From the human T2T-CHM13v2.0 reference genome, Homo sapiens, in the NCBI RefSeq assembly GCF_009914755.1, contig NC_060936.1: 64,000 nucleotides of DNA. The stretch is one strand, 5' to 3'. The stretch's first letter is position 1. Each line of letters starts with the position of its first letter. Of the stretch, positions 40,163-54,569 are shown piece after piece. The position numbers were made by a program, and so were the translations under genes. Under the pieces are notes generated by a model. That model saw only the letters and a list, made by a program, of their open reading frames with translations, did not search any database and was not told where the DNA came from.

Positions 40163-43100
40163 TTTTTAAAGGATGATTGTTAAAGCAAAGTCATTTTGCT
40201 CAGAAAGATGGTTTCAGGTCTTGTATACTTTAAACCTAGAGATTTAAAATGAATGAGTATTCCCTATGGAATAAAGTATTTCTTCTGAGCACTGTGTTGG
40301 GATTTGCATAGTGTCAAGGTCCTTTTACATTTTTGTAGGAGTTTCAAAACCAACCAGTAACTTTACAGCATTAGATGCTTTCTAAGAAGAAAACACTTAC
40401 TAAACCTGGAGTCTAACAATAATGCAAGGCCATCCTTTCTCATATCTAGAAATACCGAGGGGAAAATGAACCTATTCATTCTCTTTTCAAGTAAGAGCAG
40501 TTTGTAAGCAGAATATTCCAGTTTGCTAAAAAACTGTCAGACACCACTTGATAAACCAAAAAATTGATAATGCCAAAAATTATACCAAAATGACAAAATG
40601 TCTTCTTAGATATTATTATTCTCAAATATATAATAGTGGCCATAGCATATTAGACCACTATTTTATCTCTCCTTCTCACCACTCCTGGTAAAAACGTTAT
40701 TCTCTTTTAATATATGAATGTTCAACATCTGCTATTATTCAGCATTTCCCCAGGTAAAATGAATTTGCCTTGCAAAGCCTCTAGCATGAACATAGCCAAA
40801 ACTAAAAGCTGGGGACTCAGAGGGCAACCAAAGAAAAATTCATTAATTTTCTAATTATTAATCATCCTTAACCAGACAGCTATATGTTTTAAAAGACATT
40901 AGAACACAACTCATTTCTAAGCAAGGAGTGATTGTCTCAGTCCATAACACTTTATGGGACTTTTCTTTTTTCTTTTTATCAAGGTTACTTTAATACTGTT
41001 CAAGATATCCCTAGACAAGGATGCCAGAAATGAAAGTAGTGAGTTCAAGTGATAGAATAAAAAAAAAAAAAACCAGAAAAATAGAAAAGAGCCTCCTGTG
41101 AAGAGAAAGTTAAAAAAAAAAAAAGGATAATTTGAGGTTGATGAAGATTTTGCCTCAGTTACTCCTTTATCCGTTTTAATAGTAAAGACTCGTGTAGCAT
41201 TTACTTTGTACCTCTCAACACTTTACATATATTAATTCACTGTGAAATAGAGTAAGACCTGTCAGTACCTGGAGAATGTCAAATTTCTCTACAGTCTTTT
41301 TTTTTTTTTTTTGAGTCTGAAGAGTATTATATTGGCTAGATCACTGTTCAGTTCTGCCATTCAGGCAGCTCTTCTCAACCATTAATTCAAAAGATATTTT
41401 TGCTAGAACATGTTTTGACACTGAGCTGAATAACTTCTGTGGATATACCATTCACAAACTTGAGTGAGCTCCCTTTGAAAATTGTTATGTCTTTAGCTTT
41501 GTACCTTTTCCTAGGATTGATGAAATTAAATTCCACTGATTACAGTCTTATTTTTGTCAGTTTGTGTCATATACATCATTAAAGATGAAGATACATGGGA
41601 ATGCTTTTCTCCCCTTAGCACCCACTTCAAAAACACCTGTGTCCAATTAATTCCCTTAATCATTTTAGTTTTTCTTCTTCAGATTTTATTTATAGTTCAG
41701 TGAGGCCCTTCTTAAGTGCTGTTAATGGTATATTAGGTCAATAATTTTATATAAATTAGTTTGATGTATTGCTGCTACATTTTCTCTCACTCTATTCACT
41801 CATATATTTCATTCATTCTATTTATTTCCATCAGAGAATTGTCAAGCACCTAAAATGAGCCACTTGTGCTAATTTCTATGGAATAAATCTCATGATAATA
41901 TGGAATTGGTATCTATCAGTTTCTTGTATACTTTGTATTTATCTTTTGCTTGGTGGCTTCAGTTAGTAGATGTGGATAAATTTAGGAAATTTTTTTTTAT
42001 TGGCTCTTAGCTGACCGATATACTTCTGTCAGAAGTAGCTTTTTTACAGAGCAGCTCAAAAATACAGAGCCATCACCTCAATCAGGTTGTTCTAATTCAT
42101 AGATATATTTGAAAAATAAAATTGGGCATGGTAAGTTTCAGAGGATTAGCAAAATCATAGAATAATCAGAACATTTAGCTACCTATTATTATTTTTATAT
42201 TACATGGCTTAAACATATTTTGTAATGTTTGCTCAGATTAACCTAGTTACAATGGCCATTTCATTAGATTTTTGAGTATCTTTCTGCTCAGGTAAGTTAT
42301 GCTTTTAAGTCTTGCTTCTTTCCCTAAATATCACAGCTTTGCTTGCAAGATAGGTTACTTAAATAGCAGATTTCTGTTCTTTTGATTGTAGTGGCAGTGG
42401 TGGTAGTATGGTGGAATATTTTCATCTAAATATTGTTTATTTTATAAGTTTCCTGATTAAAGACAAGTTTAGATCGATTGCCCCTTCAGAGGAAAATTTG
42501 GCATTAATTACATTCTGTTCCTAACTATTTGCATGACTGGTCCAATTTGAAGCACTTGAATCATGATACACTATTGGTGGTGACTAATGAAAAACTAAAA
42601 AAATCTATAAACAAATTTGTTGCCCTAGTTTTAAAACAGGGAACTTTTCTTGAAATTGTTGGCTTCTTTAGAGAGATGACAGGACATATAACTTACAGGC
42701 CTAAAAATAATTTGGCTTCCTACAACAAGATAGTATTTTCTATTTATTGCTAAGTATTTTGCTGGCATATTTGGGCTCTTCACTGACCAAATATTTACAA
42801 GGATTAATCTACATTGACTTGTTCTCTTTCTTCTTTCATTTAATAAACATTTACTGTATGCCTCCTCCCTTTTTTTTTTGGCTGGTTTCTCAGTCAGGGA
42901 TGGGAGACACTCAAATAAGTATGGAACATCAATGCCCTCTAAGTCTCACAGACCTATTTTACCAATTTAGTTAGATTATCTTTGTTAGAGTTAGAGTAAT
43001 GAATGCTACTTTACAGTTAGCCAGAATGAAGTTCAATTCCTTTTTCTACCTATCCCATGAATTAAATTTTTGGCTGTCTGCTACTTAATAGCTGTGTGAT

Positions 43101-44509
43101 CTTGTTTATCCAGCTTCAAAATATGTATGAAATCCCCATGTTGTTTATATCACAGACTAGTTTTAAGAATTAAAGAAACTTATATTCTTACTATCATTTT
43201 TAACCAATATTTTTGTTATTATTAGGTACTTAAGTATAATAATATTACCTGCAGGGTAATCATATTTTAACATTTTTATACTTTATAAATGGATTGCAAG
43301 TTCAGATTTTACATTCTGAAGAGCAAAGCTTTTCTCTACTAATTATACAATCAGTTTATAAATATAATAGTTTACTTTGAAATGCAGTTTTATATGATAG
43401 GTTCTTAATTGATTAACTTTCTGGGCTCTTCGTACTCTATATGTTCTGGAGTTGTTTGCTCTGGGTTATCAAAATTTTCAAATTTCAAAAAATGCTTTTT
43501 AGTTTCATTGGAAATATAAAGACTTCTTATTATCTGACAAATGTTAAGGTTTTATCAGACTAGGTTATTTGATAGATTGACAATTCATATCACATTGAAA
43601 GTAAAGTACAAAAATGGTTTGTTTTATAAAATCTATTGATCAATTAATAAAAATTAATAATTTTGTTACAGAATTAAGATCAGTTGTATGGCTATTTATT
43701 TTATAAATTAAAATAACATAAATTCATCACCATGTTAATAACTTCTGGGAGTCGATTAGCTCATCCTTGGAATTATTCCAAACCTGAATGGTATGAGACA
43801 GTTTCCATTAGAAATTTAAACAGAAATATAATCTGTTTAAGAAAATTAGTCGTATACATTTAAAAATGCTCTGAATTACATTTTGTCAAATATTAAAATG
43901 CCTTAATTCTCTCAAGTGTCTGCAAAATATTGGAGATTCCTTATGACTAATGTGCAAAATGAATGGATAAGTATGAAAAAAGATTAGCCAATTTGATTTT
44001 GTTGAAATGTCCTATCAGATTGTTAAAAAATTTAGCATGCAGGAAAATATTCTTACCACCAAAGTAGGTATAAAATTCTTGAAAAGGTGAAGGAAGTATT
44101 ATCTCTTAGAAACTTAAAATCTATGGACAGGATCCTGAAGTGACATTTTCTAGAAGAATGGGAATGTTCATGTTAACTAGCAAAGAAGAGAAAGCAAGTA
44201 TTCCCCACTAATGATATATGCTTTATCAGATTAGAGACTGTTTGTTTCACCATCATTTCCCAGCATTTATTTAAAAGTTTAGCATATATGAGATGTTCAG
44301 CAATACAAGTCTGGCCAAAAATTAACAGAAAATTATGAAATGAATGTTAACAAATGTCAAGATCACTTATGAAAGATTATAAGAGTTTCTATGTTGCTAT
44401 TAGGAATGCATTCATTGAACAAAAGAAGACATTGAAATTAGAATATGTATGAAACTATGTTGGATAAATGTTTTGAGGAAACAGGAAAAGGTGGCAACAA
44501 ATCCTAAAG

Positions 44510-47500
44510 GTTGGTTGTCAGCAAGATGGCCAACAAGAAGTTTTTAGTGCTCTTTTCCCCCACAAGAAAAGTCCCCAGACAACAAAGAAATAACTACATT
44601 TTGACCAAAATAACTAAAAGAGAGCTCCATAGAACAGCAAAGAAACAGCAGAAATCTAGTAGAGCACAGAAACTCAGGATGGCTACATAGGGAAGGGAAG
44701 GAAATTCATTGCCTCCGTCACCCCATTCCCTGAGTTGGGATCAACTCAGAACCAGGAGGGACTTCTTCCTGCAGAGAAAAGGTAAGCAAGAGGACCCAGG
44801 TAGCCTCAATCACCACCATGGATGCTGCAGTTTTTGCTACTAGAGACTCCTTCAGTCTTCGTAGGCTCTGAGCCCAGCTGAAGAAGCTCTCCAGAGTCCA
44901 CACACTGAGCTACACCCAGAGAAGGAGTGTGGCTATTCCCCATCCCCATGGCTCAAGTTGCTACTGTGCTGTGCCACCTTGAATCAGAGCCACTATTAGA
45001 GTGTGTCCTGCTCCAGGGGTGAGTAGTCATTGTACCCTTCCATCCCTGAGACTTTGCTGCCCCTGCAATATGCCCACCTGGTAGCATGCCATTCCTGAGC
45101 TGATCTGCTGCTATTCTTTACCTCCTAGAGGCAAGCTACTTTGGAACTGCTCCAGCCTCTGCATTCCAGCAGCTGGTGCACCCACCTCTTAGAGCTGAGC
45201 TGAAGTAGCACTCCAGCCCCTGGGGACCTCAGGCCTCCTGCACACCAGAGCAGTCACGCCTCTGGCACCACAGCTGAGGGACATCAGGGGCCTCTGCCAC
45301 ACCAGAGCAGTTGACCCCTCCCCATTCTACAGGTGAGGCAGCATCCTGTCCCTGGGGAGCCAAGTCTCAGGAATACAAGCGCAGTTTCACCCCCAATGTC
45401 ACAGCTAACTCGGAGTCCTGCCCCATACAAAGGGATGCAGAGGCTCTGTTGACCCATGTAGCCACATTTTATGGGGCTGAGAAGATGTAACATCTTGTTT
45501 CCTGGAGAATCAGAGCTTTGGCTGAGCTGTACTATCTTGACCTCCAGGCTGAGTAGGTGCCCTGCTTGAGATTCTAAGATGTCCCACTTCTGTGGGGAGT
45601 GGTCATTGCTGCACTGCTTCCCACCCTTCAGCTCCCAAGCCGTATTGGCATCTTGCTATTTCTGAGTACTTGCTGCTGCTGCACCTGGTGTCACAGAACC
45701 CATACATCTTAGTTCCAACCTCTCAGGGTCTACAGTCACCACTGTGTGGTACCTCATACCCCACTGTGTTTTGTTGGTTCCAGGTCCTGCATTGCTGCTG
45801 TATCCTGCTCCAGGAGGCCTTAGCCACTGGAGAACCTATTTTCCCCCAGAGACATGTCAATACTGTGCCTGGACCCTTAGGATCAAAACTACAGCCACAC
45901 CCCAGTTCCCTGGGTCCAGGTTGCTGGGATGTACCTCAGAGCAACAGTTCTTAGCTTAGTGGGAGAACTGCATCTACTCATACCTTGGAAAGTGAAGCTG
46001 CACCTCAAGTCCCAGGTGCTATAATAGTTAGTTTTACAAGACCCTGATCCCAGAAACCTGTCTTCACAGTTTCTCTGATCACCTGTGCTTTGACTCCAAG
46101 TACCACGTGCCTGTGGGCCATGTCAGACATGACACCAAGAGAGATCCCCTCAGATAAGACTCCTACTGTAGGGAAGATAAGAAGAGAAGGATCCCTAAAG
46201 CCCTTGCACTAATAACCTATGCAGCCACCATCACTTCCACAAATTCCTGCAGCCAAGACCACTGAGGTACCACAATTATTGCTAATGTAGATAACAACTG
46301 AAGAAGCTAGACAGAGACTACACCACTGCACCCGCATGGAACCAGAGCAACTTCACCCTGCCCAACTGACACCCATATGTCCATCTGCAGGTGAAAGTAT
46401 TAGCCTCCAAAAGCCACTCTTAGCTTAGAATAAGTGACCGCACCACTAAGTATGCAAACATACATGCAGGGACACAAGAAACATGAAAAAGCAAGGAAAC
46501 CTGACTCTATCAAAGGACATAATAATTCTTCAGTAACTAACCTGCAAAGAAACGGAAATTTACAAATTGCCTAAAAAGGAATTTAACATAATAATCTTAG
46601 GGAAACTCAACAACATACAAAAAGAATACAAATAGACAATGAAATCAGGAAAGCAATTCATTATCTGAGTGAGGAGTTAAACAAGAAGAGATAGATATTT
46701 AAAAAGAAACAAATCAAATTTATGGAGCTGTAGAGTTCAGCTATAAATAAAAAATACACTGAAGAGCTTCAGCTGCAGACTAGAACAAAAAGAAGGAAGA
46801 ATCTTGAAGATAGGTCTTTTGAAATGATTGTCAGAATTTTTTTTTTACAAAATTAAAAACTGTAGATAGTCAATGGGATTTATAGGACACCATTAAGTAA
46901 AGAAATATTCATATTATGCAATTTTCAGAGGAAAAGAGACAGAAAAAGAAAGAGAAGGCTTATTTAATGAAATAATTGCTGAAAATTCCTAAGTCTTGGA
47001 AGTGATATTGTCAGTAGTCCCCAAACAGTCGCCAAACAGAAATAACTCAAAGATGTATTCTCCATGGACCATTTTGATCATACTGTCAATAGTGAAAGAC
47101 AAAGAGAATATTTTAAAAGCAGCAAGAGAAAAGCATAGTCATATATAAGGAGACCTCCATTAGACTATCAGTGTATTTCTCAGCAGATATCTTACAGGCC
47201 AGGAAAGAACGGGATGATATTTTCAAAGTACTGAAAGAAAATAAAAACCCTTTTAGACAAGAATACTATACCCAGCAATTTTGTCCTTCAGAAACTAAGG
47301 AGAAATAAAGTATTTCTCAGACAAGCAAAAGCTAAATGAATATATTACCACTATACTTACAAGAAATACTTAAAGAAGTTCTTCAAATGGTAATTAAAGA
47401 ATGTTAATTACTATCATGAATATGTATAAAAGTATAAAACTACTGGTAGAGGTAAATGTATAGTCAGATCCAGAATACTTCAACATAGTGACGGTGATAT

Positions 47501-50500
47501 ATAAATCCAGTATATCTTTAGTATGAAGGTTAAAAGTCAAAAATAATTAAAGCTACAAAAAGTTGTCCAGGAACACACAATATAAAAGATGTAAATTGTG
47601 ACATTAAAAACCTAAACTGTGGAGGGAGATGGTAAAAGTTCAGAGTTTTTGTATGCAACAGAAGTTAAGTTGTTATCAGCTTAAAACAATTGATTATAAG
47701 ATGTTTTATTTAAGCCTCATGACAACCACAAAACAAAAAAAAATTCAACAGATACACAAGCAATAATTAGGAAGGAATCAAAGCTCAGAATTACAGAAAA
47801 TTTTCAAATCACAAAAGTGGATAATAAGAAAGGAAGAAAGAAGCAAAGGAGTTATAAAACAACCAGAAAACAAAGAATGAAATGGCAATAGTAACCTATC
47901 AATAATAACCTTGACTGTAAATGGCTTAAATTATTTAATCAAAAGACATAGAGTGGCTGAGTGTATAAGAAGACAAGATCCAACTAGATGCAGCCTACAA
48001 GAGACTCACTTAAGCTTTAAGGAGACACACAGGCTGAGAGTGAAAGGGTGGAAGGACTCCATGTAAATTGTAACCAAAAGAAAGCAGGGCTGGCTATACT
48101 TATATCTGATAAAATAGACTTCAAATCACAAACAATCAAAAGAGGCAAAGATGGTTATTACTTAATGAGAAAGGGGTTAAATCAAGAGAATATAAATATT
48201 GTAAATGTGTATGCACCCAACACTGGAGCACCTAAATATGTAAAGCATGTATTAATGGACATGAAGGGAGAAATGAATAGCAATACAATAATAGGGACTT
48301 CAATACCCACTTTCAACAATGGAAACATCAATCAGATATAAAATCAATAAGGAAATATTGTACTTGAGTTGCATTTTTGACCAAATGAACCTAGTAGACA
48401 TATATGGAACTTTTTATCCAATAGCAGCTGAATATACATTCTTCTCTAGGACACATGGAACATTGTTCAGAATAGACCATATGTAAGGCCACAAAACAAG
48501 TCTTAGAAAACTTAAGATGATTGAAATCATAGATAGCATCGTTTCAGACCACAGTGGTCTGAAACTAGAAATCAATAACAGATAATTGTGAAAAATTCAC
48601 AAATATGTGGAAATTAAACAACATGCTTCTGAACAACCAATGGGGCAAAGAAGAAATCGAAGGAAATTAAAAAATATACTGAGACAAATGACAATGAAAA
48701 CAAACATACAAAAATCTATGAGAGGCAGCAAAAGCAGTTCTAAGGGAGGATTTTATAGTAATAAATGCCTACATTGAAAAAGAATCAAGCTCCAAAATAA
48801 ATCACCTAACATTACACTTCAAGGAATTAGAAAAAGAAGACCATACAAAATCTTAAATTAGCAGGAGAAAAGAAATAATAGAAATCAGAGCAGAAATAAA
48901 TCAAATACAGAATGGAAAAACCATAGAAAAAATCAATAAGACTTAGAGATTTTTTTTGAAAAAAAAAATACAAAATCATCAAGCTTTTAGCTAGCCTAAT
49001 TAAGAAAAAAGAAGACTCAAACAAAAAACAAAAAAAATTAAAGTGAAGAAGTTTGAACAGATAACTCAGAAATAAAAAAGAATACCCAAATAAATGGAAA
49101 TAAATCACATGCTCATGGATGTGAAGAATTAATATGTTAAAATGTCTATATTACCGAAAGCAATGTACAGATTCAACATGATTCCTCTCAAAATCCCAAG
49201 GGCATTATGCACAGAAATAGAAGAAAACAATTCTAAAATTTATATGGAAACATAAAAAACCTTGAATAGCCCAGGCAATCTTCAGCAAAAGAACAACGCT
49301 AGAGACATCACACTTCCTGATTTAAAATATGTTACAAGGATATAATGATCAGAAGAGGGTGGTACTGGCATTAAACTAGACACATAGACCAGTGGAAAAG
49401 AATACAGAGTCCAGAAATAAATCCAAATATATACGCTCTGGTAATTTTTCACAATGCCACCAAGAAGACACGATGAGAAAAAGATTGTGTCTTTAATACA
49501 TGGTGCTGAGAAAGCTAGATTTCCATATGTCAAAGAATAAAATGAGACTCTTGTCTTACACCATCCATAGAAATCAACTCAAAATGGGTAAGACCTAAAT
49601 GTAAGAACTGGAACTATAACACTTTTAGATGAGAACATAGGGGAAAAACTCTTGGACATTGTTGTTAACAACGATATCTTGGTGTGATGCACCAAAAGCT
49701 CAGGCCACAAAAGAAAACATAAATAAATGGGACTACATCAAACTAAAAAGCTTCTGTACAGCAAAGGAAACAACAAAATAAAATGGCAGCCTATGGATTG
49801 GGAAAAAAAGTTTGCCAGCCATATATCTGATAAGGTATTGATGTCCAAAAGATATAAAGAACATATACAACTTAATAGTAGAAAAAATAATTGAAAAATG
49901 AGCAGAAGACCAGAATAGACATGTCTCCAAAAGAGACATAAAAATAGCCAGCAGATATATGAAAAGATGCTCAACATTGGTAGTCATCAGAGAAATGCAA
50001 ATGAAAATCATGAGATACCACTGCATACCTGCTAGGATGACTATTATCAAAAAGTTAAAAGATAACCAATGTTGGAAAAGTTGTGGAGAAAAGGAAAGTC
50101 TTGTACACTTGGTAGGAATATACAGTTATTATGGAAAATAGTATGGAAGTTTCTTAAACGATTAAAAATAGAACTACCACATGACCCAGCAATCCCTCTT
50201 CTGCATACATACCCAAAGGAAATGGAATCACCGTCTTGTAAAGATATCTATACTTCAGTGTTCACTGAAGCATTAGTCACAATAGCCAAGATATTGAAAC
50301 AGCCTAAGTGTTTGTCGATGAGGAAATTTTGTGTATAAATACACACACACACACACACACACATTTTGTTCAAAAGAATAAAATCTTGCCATTTGTCATA
50401 CCATGGATATGTCTGGGACAAATTATGCTAAGTGAATAAGCTAGACACAGAAAGAACAATATTGCATGATTTCACTAATATGTGGAATCTGTAAAAAAAA

Positions 50501-50865
50501 AAAAAAAACAACCCTTGAATATATAGAGATAGAGAAGAAAGCAGTGGATACAGGTGGAGAGGTGGTCCAAAAATGGGAAGATGTAGTTAAGAGGATACAA
50601 ATTAAGTTATGTAGGATGAACAAGTCTAGAGGTCTAAGATACAATATGAGGACTATAAATAATAAAATTGTACTGTGTCTGTGATTCATGCTAAATGAGT
50701 CGATTTTAGCTGCTCTTGCCACAAAACCAAAAAAAAAAAAAAAAATAGATAGCTGTGAGATGATGGATATGTTAATTTGCTTCACTATAGTAACTATTTT
50801 ACTATCTATGTATATCCCATGTTATGTTGTATACCTTAAATTTACACAATAATATTTATTAAAAA
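44510..50865 (+). mobile_element. Near full-length old L1 (L1MA5-like 3' end), sense to TRHDE, with the RT region deleted
   Basis: Start caagatggcc; ~2-kb GC-richer 5'UTR; degenerate ORF1 (~46480-47400); long inter-ORF; EN region (QKKAGLAILISDKIDFK…VYAPN); jump near 49030-49080; ORF2 C-terminus (MRYH…LPHDPAIPLL); L1MA 3'UTR. Confidence 0.9.
50341..50362. repeat. (AC)n inside the L1
   Basis: Direct reading. Confidence 0.95.
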
Positions 50866-53239
50866 GAATACAATCAATTCATAGTTTAAGCAACTAAAAA
50901 AGAAATCCTCAAAAATAAATGAAAGCTAAATGACATGCATATTTTTAAAGGGTTATATGAAAGCACATGGCATATGGAGATTATTTGCAGTGATTTTTTG
51001 GGCCGCGAGAATCAGAATGAGCTATGTAATTAGACAACCTGTTCGTAATTATTACTGTGATTGACATTATTTGAAGCACATTCACAATTGTTCCACAAGA
51101 CCCAGGATTATCATAATTAATGAAAATGTGAGTGACTGATTGATAACTTCTGCTGTATCAATATTGCTATATTTTTAAGGTTCTTGAGTAAGTCTGCAGA
51201 ATAATAATAATTTGGTTGTATATCATTAAGTTCATTTTGTGTTCTATCTTAGCATTTTCCCTTAGCCGCATCACATCTTGGATAAAATGAGACATGACGC
51301 ATTCAGCTTGGATGTTAAAAACAAAACATGAGGCAGCTGAAGGGTTTAGTCATGGAACAGACCCACAATTTAACCCACTTTCTCTGTGTTCATCATGTCC
51401 GAGAGTATAGCAGCTCATAAAAACTGTGCAGAGGGTTATCTGGGATTATGAAAGGCACAAAATCACCTGAGATATTCTTATAAAATATAATCGCTTTTTA
51501 AGTTTATGCACTGATTAAGGCATCTTAGAGATTTTGTAGCTTGGCATTGAATGAAATGTAGTTGATGGCTGAAAGAAATAACATATGGAACACATTATTT
51601 CAGTTACTTGTAATGCTTATGCAAAATCACAGAATAATGTTATATCAATAAGAGATATGCCTGGAGTCTTGTGATCATGTACCGCTTTCCATAAAAGGTT
51701 ATGCAAACAAACAAACTTTTCAGTAGAATGCTTGTTTCATTGTAGGCATTAGTGGTGATTATTTTTAAAATTATTTTTCAAAAATATCTTCTGTATGTAA
51801 GTGTGTTTACACAAGATTGGCTTTAGTATAAATGGACTGTTTTAACAGGCTGCAAGAGAAAATAATTAATGTCTTGGACAAGTATATTTTACACATGAGA
51901 TTTTGAAATGTTAATTTTTAAAGTGCATTGGTATATGGAAGCAACATTTATTTTCACTAGCTTTTACTTTCTCTATCAGTATGATTTAGCTGTGCATAAA
52001 TTATTTACTAGTCAGCTAAATGGTGGTATAATTTTTCACTGGTAAATCTAGCTAACTTTCAACTGGTAGAACTTAAAATACTTTTGGACATTATAGAACT
52101 TTATAAACAGTTGGATGACAATATAAAATTCACAAAGTAAATTTCTTTCAATGTTATAGGAAATTTGAAGTCTACATAATTTCTAATTTTCACAAATATG
52201 GCATTGTGCTATATGCTTACAAAAGATGATAATTGCAAAGTTACAGGGATACTATTTCACATGGATTAAAATCTGATGGATATTTTCCCCCAATATATTT
52301 ACTTTTTTTCAACTCTTGATCATATTTCTCTGCTTTAACCTTTGTCATGATTTGAGTAGGTAATGAAAAACAAGAAGGAAAAACACCAACTGTGCAGTGC
52401 TAATTATGTGTTTATCCTTCATTCTAGCCTTGTATAAATAAGGAGTTCAGTTTAGTAATAATTCATGTGGTATTTTGTTTAACCTAGGGACTCTTAAAAG
52501 TCTTTATCATGTTGTAGTATAGATTTCCAGAGAAGTAAAACATAAATTATATATCTTATTTGTTCTCTTTATGGTAGCTCAAGTAAACTTGAATCAACAT
52601 AGTCTTAGACACTGAAAGCATTTTAACTCATAACATTCTCTCTACTTTCTACTCCCACAGTATTTTATACTATTAATAATACTGCACCCATCACATGGCA
52701 TTAATGGGCTATATGTGTATCTGTCTTTCATACCATAATAGGAGTTGCTTAAAGGCAGAATTGTGTCTCAATTATGTCTCCTTTGCTTCTAACGGAGGAC
52801 CTCCTATAGAAGAGGGAGTCAGGAAACATATGTGGAATTAGATTGCATTATTCAAGCATTATAATTTTAGTCAGACATTCTATTTGTTTGATTCCAAGGA
52901 TTAAAAAACTTCCTTTATCTGTACCTAAGAAATTATATCCAGATATTGTGAACATTACAATCAAGAATAGGATATTACATAAACAAATGAAAATACTGAA
53001 AAAGGAAATAACTGTATTTGGATATCTATATTTGCATCTACATACATTATAAATCTGCCTACATTTATATTTATATCTATATTTAATGTATGCATTTTGG
53101 ATTTCAAAGTAAATACATTGGTTGATCACCATTGGTTATAAAATAGAGCTAAGTTTTAAAGAAATAATTGGTGCAATGTGTTTTGATCACAAAGGTAAAG
53201 CACATATTGTGTGCCATTTGTGCACAATTATGCAATGTT

Positions 53240-53830
53240 GTCCTGTTTCTCTGTTTCCAGTTGCTTATCACTCTAGTCCACTTTCCCACTATTCAGAGAT
53301 ATTCAGAGTTATATCTCTAAATGTAGCCCTGATGATGTCACTTCCTAACACTAGCTTTCTGACTAGGCATGGAAAAATCTTGATGATTTCATTATTGCCT
53401 ATCTTCCTTTTCTCATTACTGGTAATTTACTATGTTATACTCTCTGCCTTTAGCCACACAAAACTCTGTAGTCCCCCAAACGAACCACACTATCTCAAGT
53501 CTGTGTGACTTTTCCCACTTATTCTTTCTGTCCAGAATGCCCTTTTCTGCCATTCCTCCTAGAAAACTCACATCAGCCTTAAATATTCAATTCAAACTCT
53601 ACCCTGCCTAAGGCAGAATAATTAACAGCCTTTTCGGTGTAGTCACACTACATCCTGAACCTACTTCCATTTTTACATGTAGCAAGTTGTGTTTTAACAT
53701 TTGTTTTCGCCTTTGTTCTGTCCTACTTCTATAGCCTTTGCAAGTAGGATTTATGTCTTTGTATCTTTCTTATCCCAGAACCAGGCATACCATCTGAGAT
53801 ATAGCAGGTGCTTAAAAAATATTTGTAGAA
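53240..53830 (+). mobile_element. L2 fragments
   Basis: ctttagccacacaaaact…tccagaatgcccttt…gatatagcaggtgcttaaaaaatatttg. Confidence 0.65.
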
Positions 53831-53839
53831 CTAATTATC

Positions 53840-53985
53840 TTATTTAATTTTTACAACCACATATGTTTGCAGCTGAGGATGCTGAGGTCTAAAAAGTTTG
53901 AGTAACTTGCTCAAGGTTATACAGCTAGTGAATGGCAGATATCCAGTCTGGAGGCTTCTATGTATCTGCCTTTTATCCTAGGAAT
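53840..53985 (-). mobile_element. MIR
   Basis: gctgaggatgctgagg…gagtaacttgctcaaggttatacagctagtgaatggcaga. Confidence 0.75.
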
Positions 53986-54569
53986 ACCATAAAAGCCATT
54001 TATGTTCAGATCTATCCTTCTAGAAAATTGAGTATTTGTAGCTGCTCTGATGTAACCCATGTCTCTTTGATAATTTTTCTTCTGCTTTCTCCATGCCTAT
54101 GAATACCTCACAACTACTTGAATTGGCTCAGTCTTGGCTCTTGTCTTCCTTGTCTCTGGTTTGATGTATCTGACTTTCTTTGATCTTGGTTTAGATTATT
54201 CTATGATTTTTTTGGTCTGCTTTTTGGTTGGTTGTTTTTTTTGGTGACAAAGTCAAAGTATCTGCCTTGTATTGCTCTTCCTTAAAATTAGTCAGTCTTC
54301 CTAGGGGAACCTGCCAACATCCTTACTCTTATTTCCTATTTTCCATCCATCACCAGTGACTGTAGCTACACCAGGCATATTCTCTTTTAACTCCTCAGAC
54401 TTTGACATGTTCAGGCAGAAGCCATTACAAGACATCAAGAAATATAATTTCTCAGGTGTGCCTAATGCTGTGATAAGAACTATTAATAATTCCCTTCACA
54501 GATGCTACTGAATACCAATATATGAAATGCTAATATTGTAATAAATAACATTTAAGAGAGTGAATTCCT

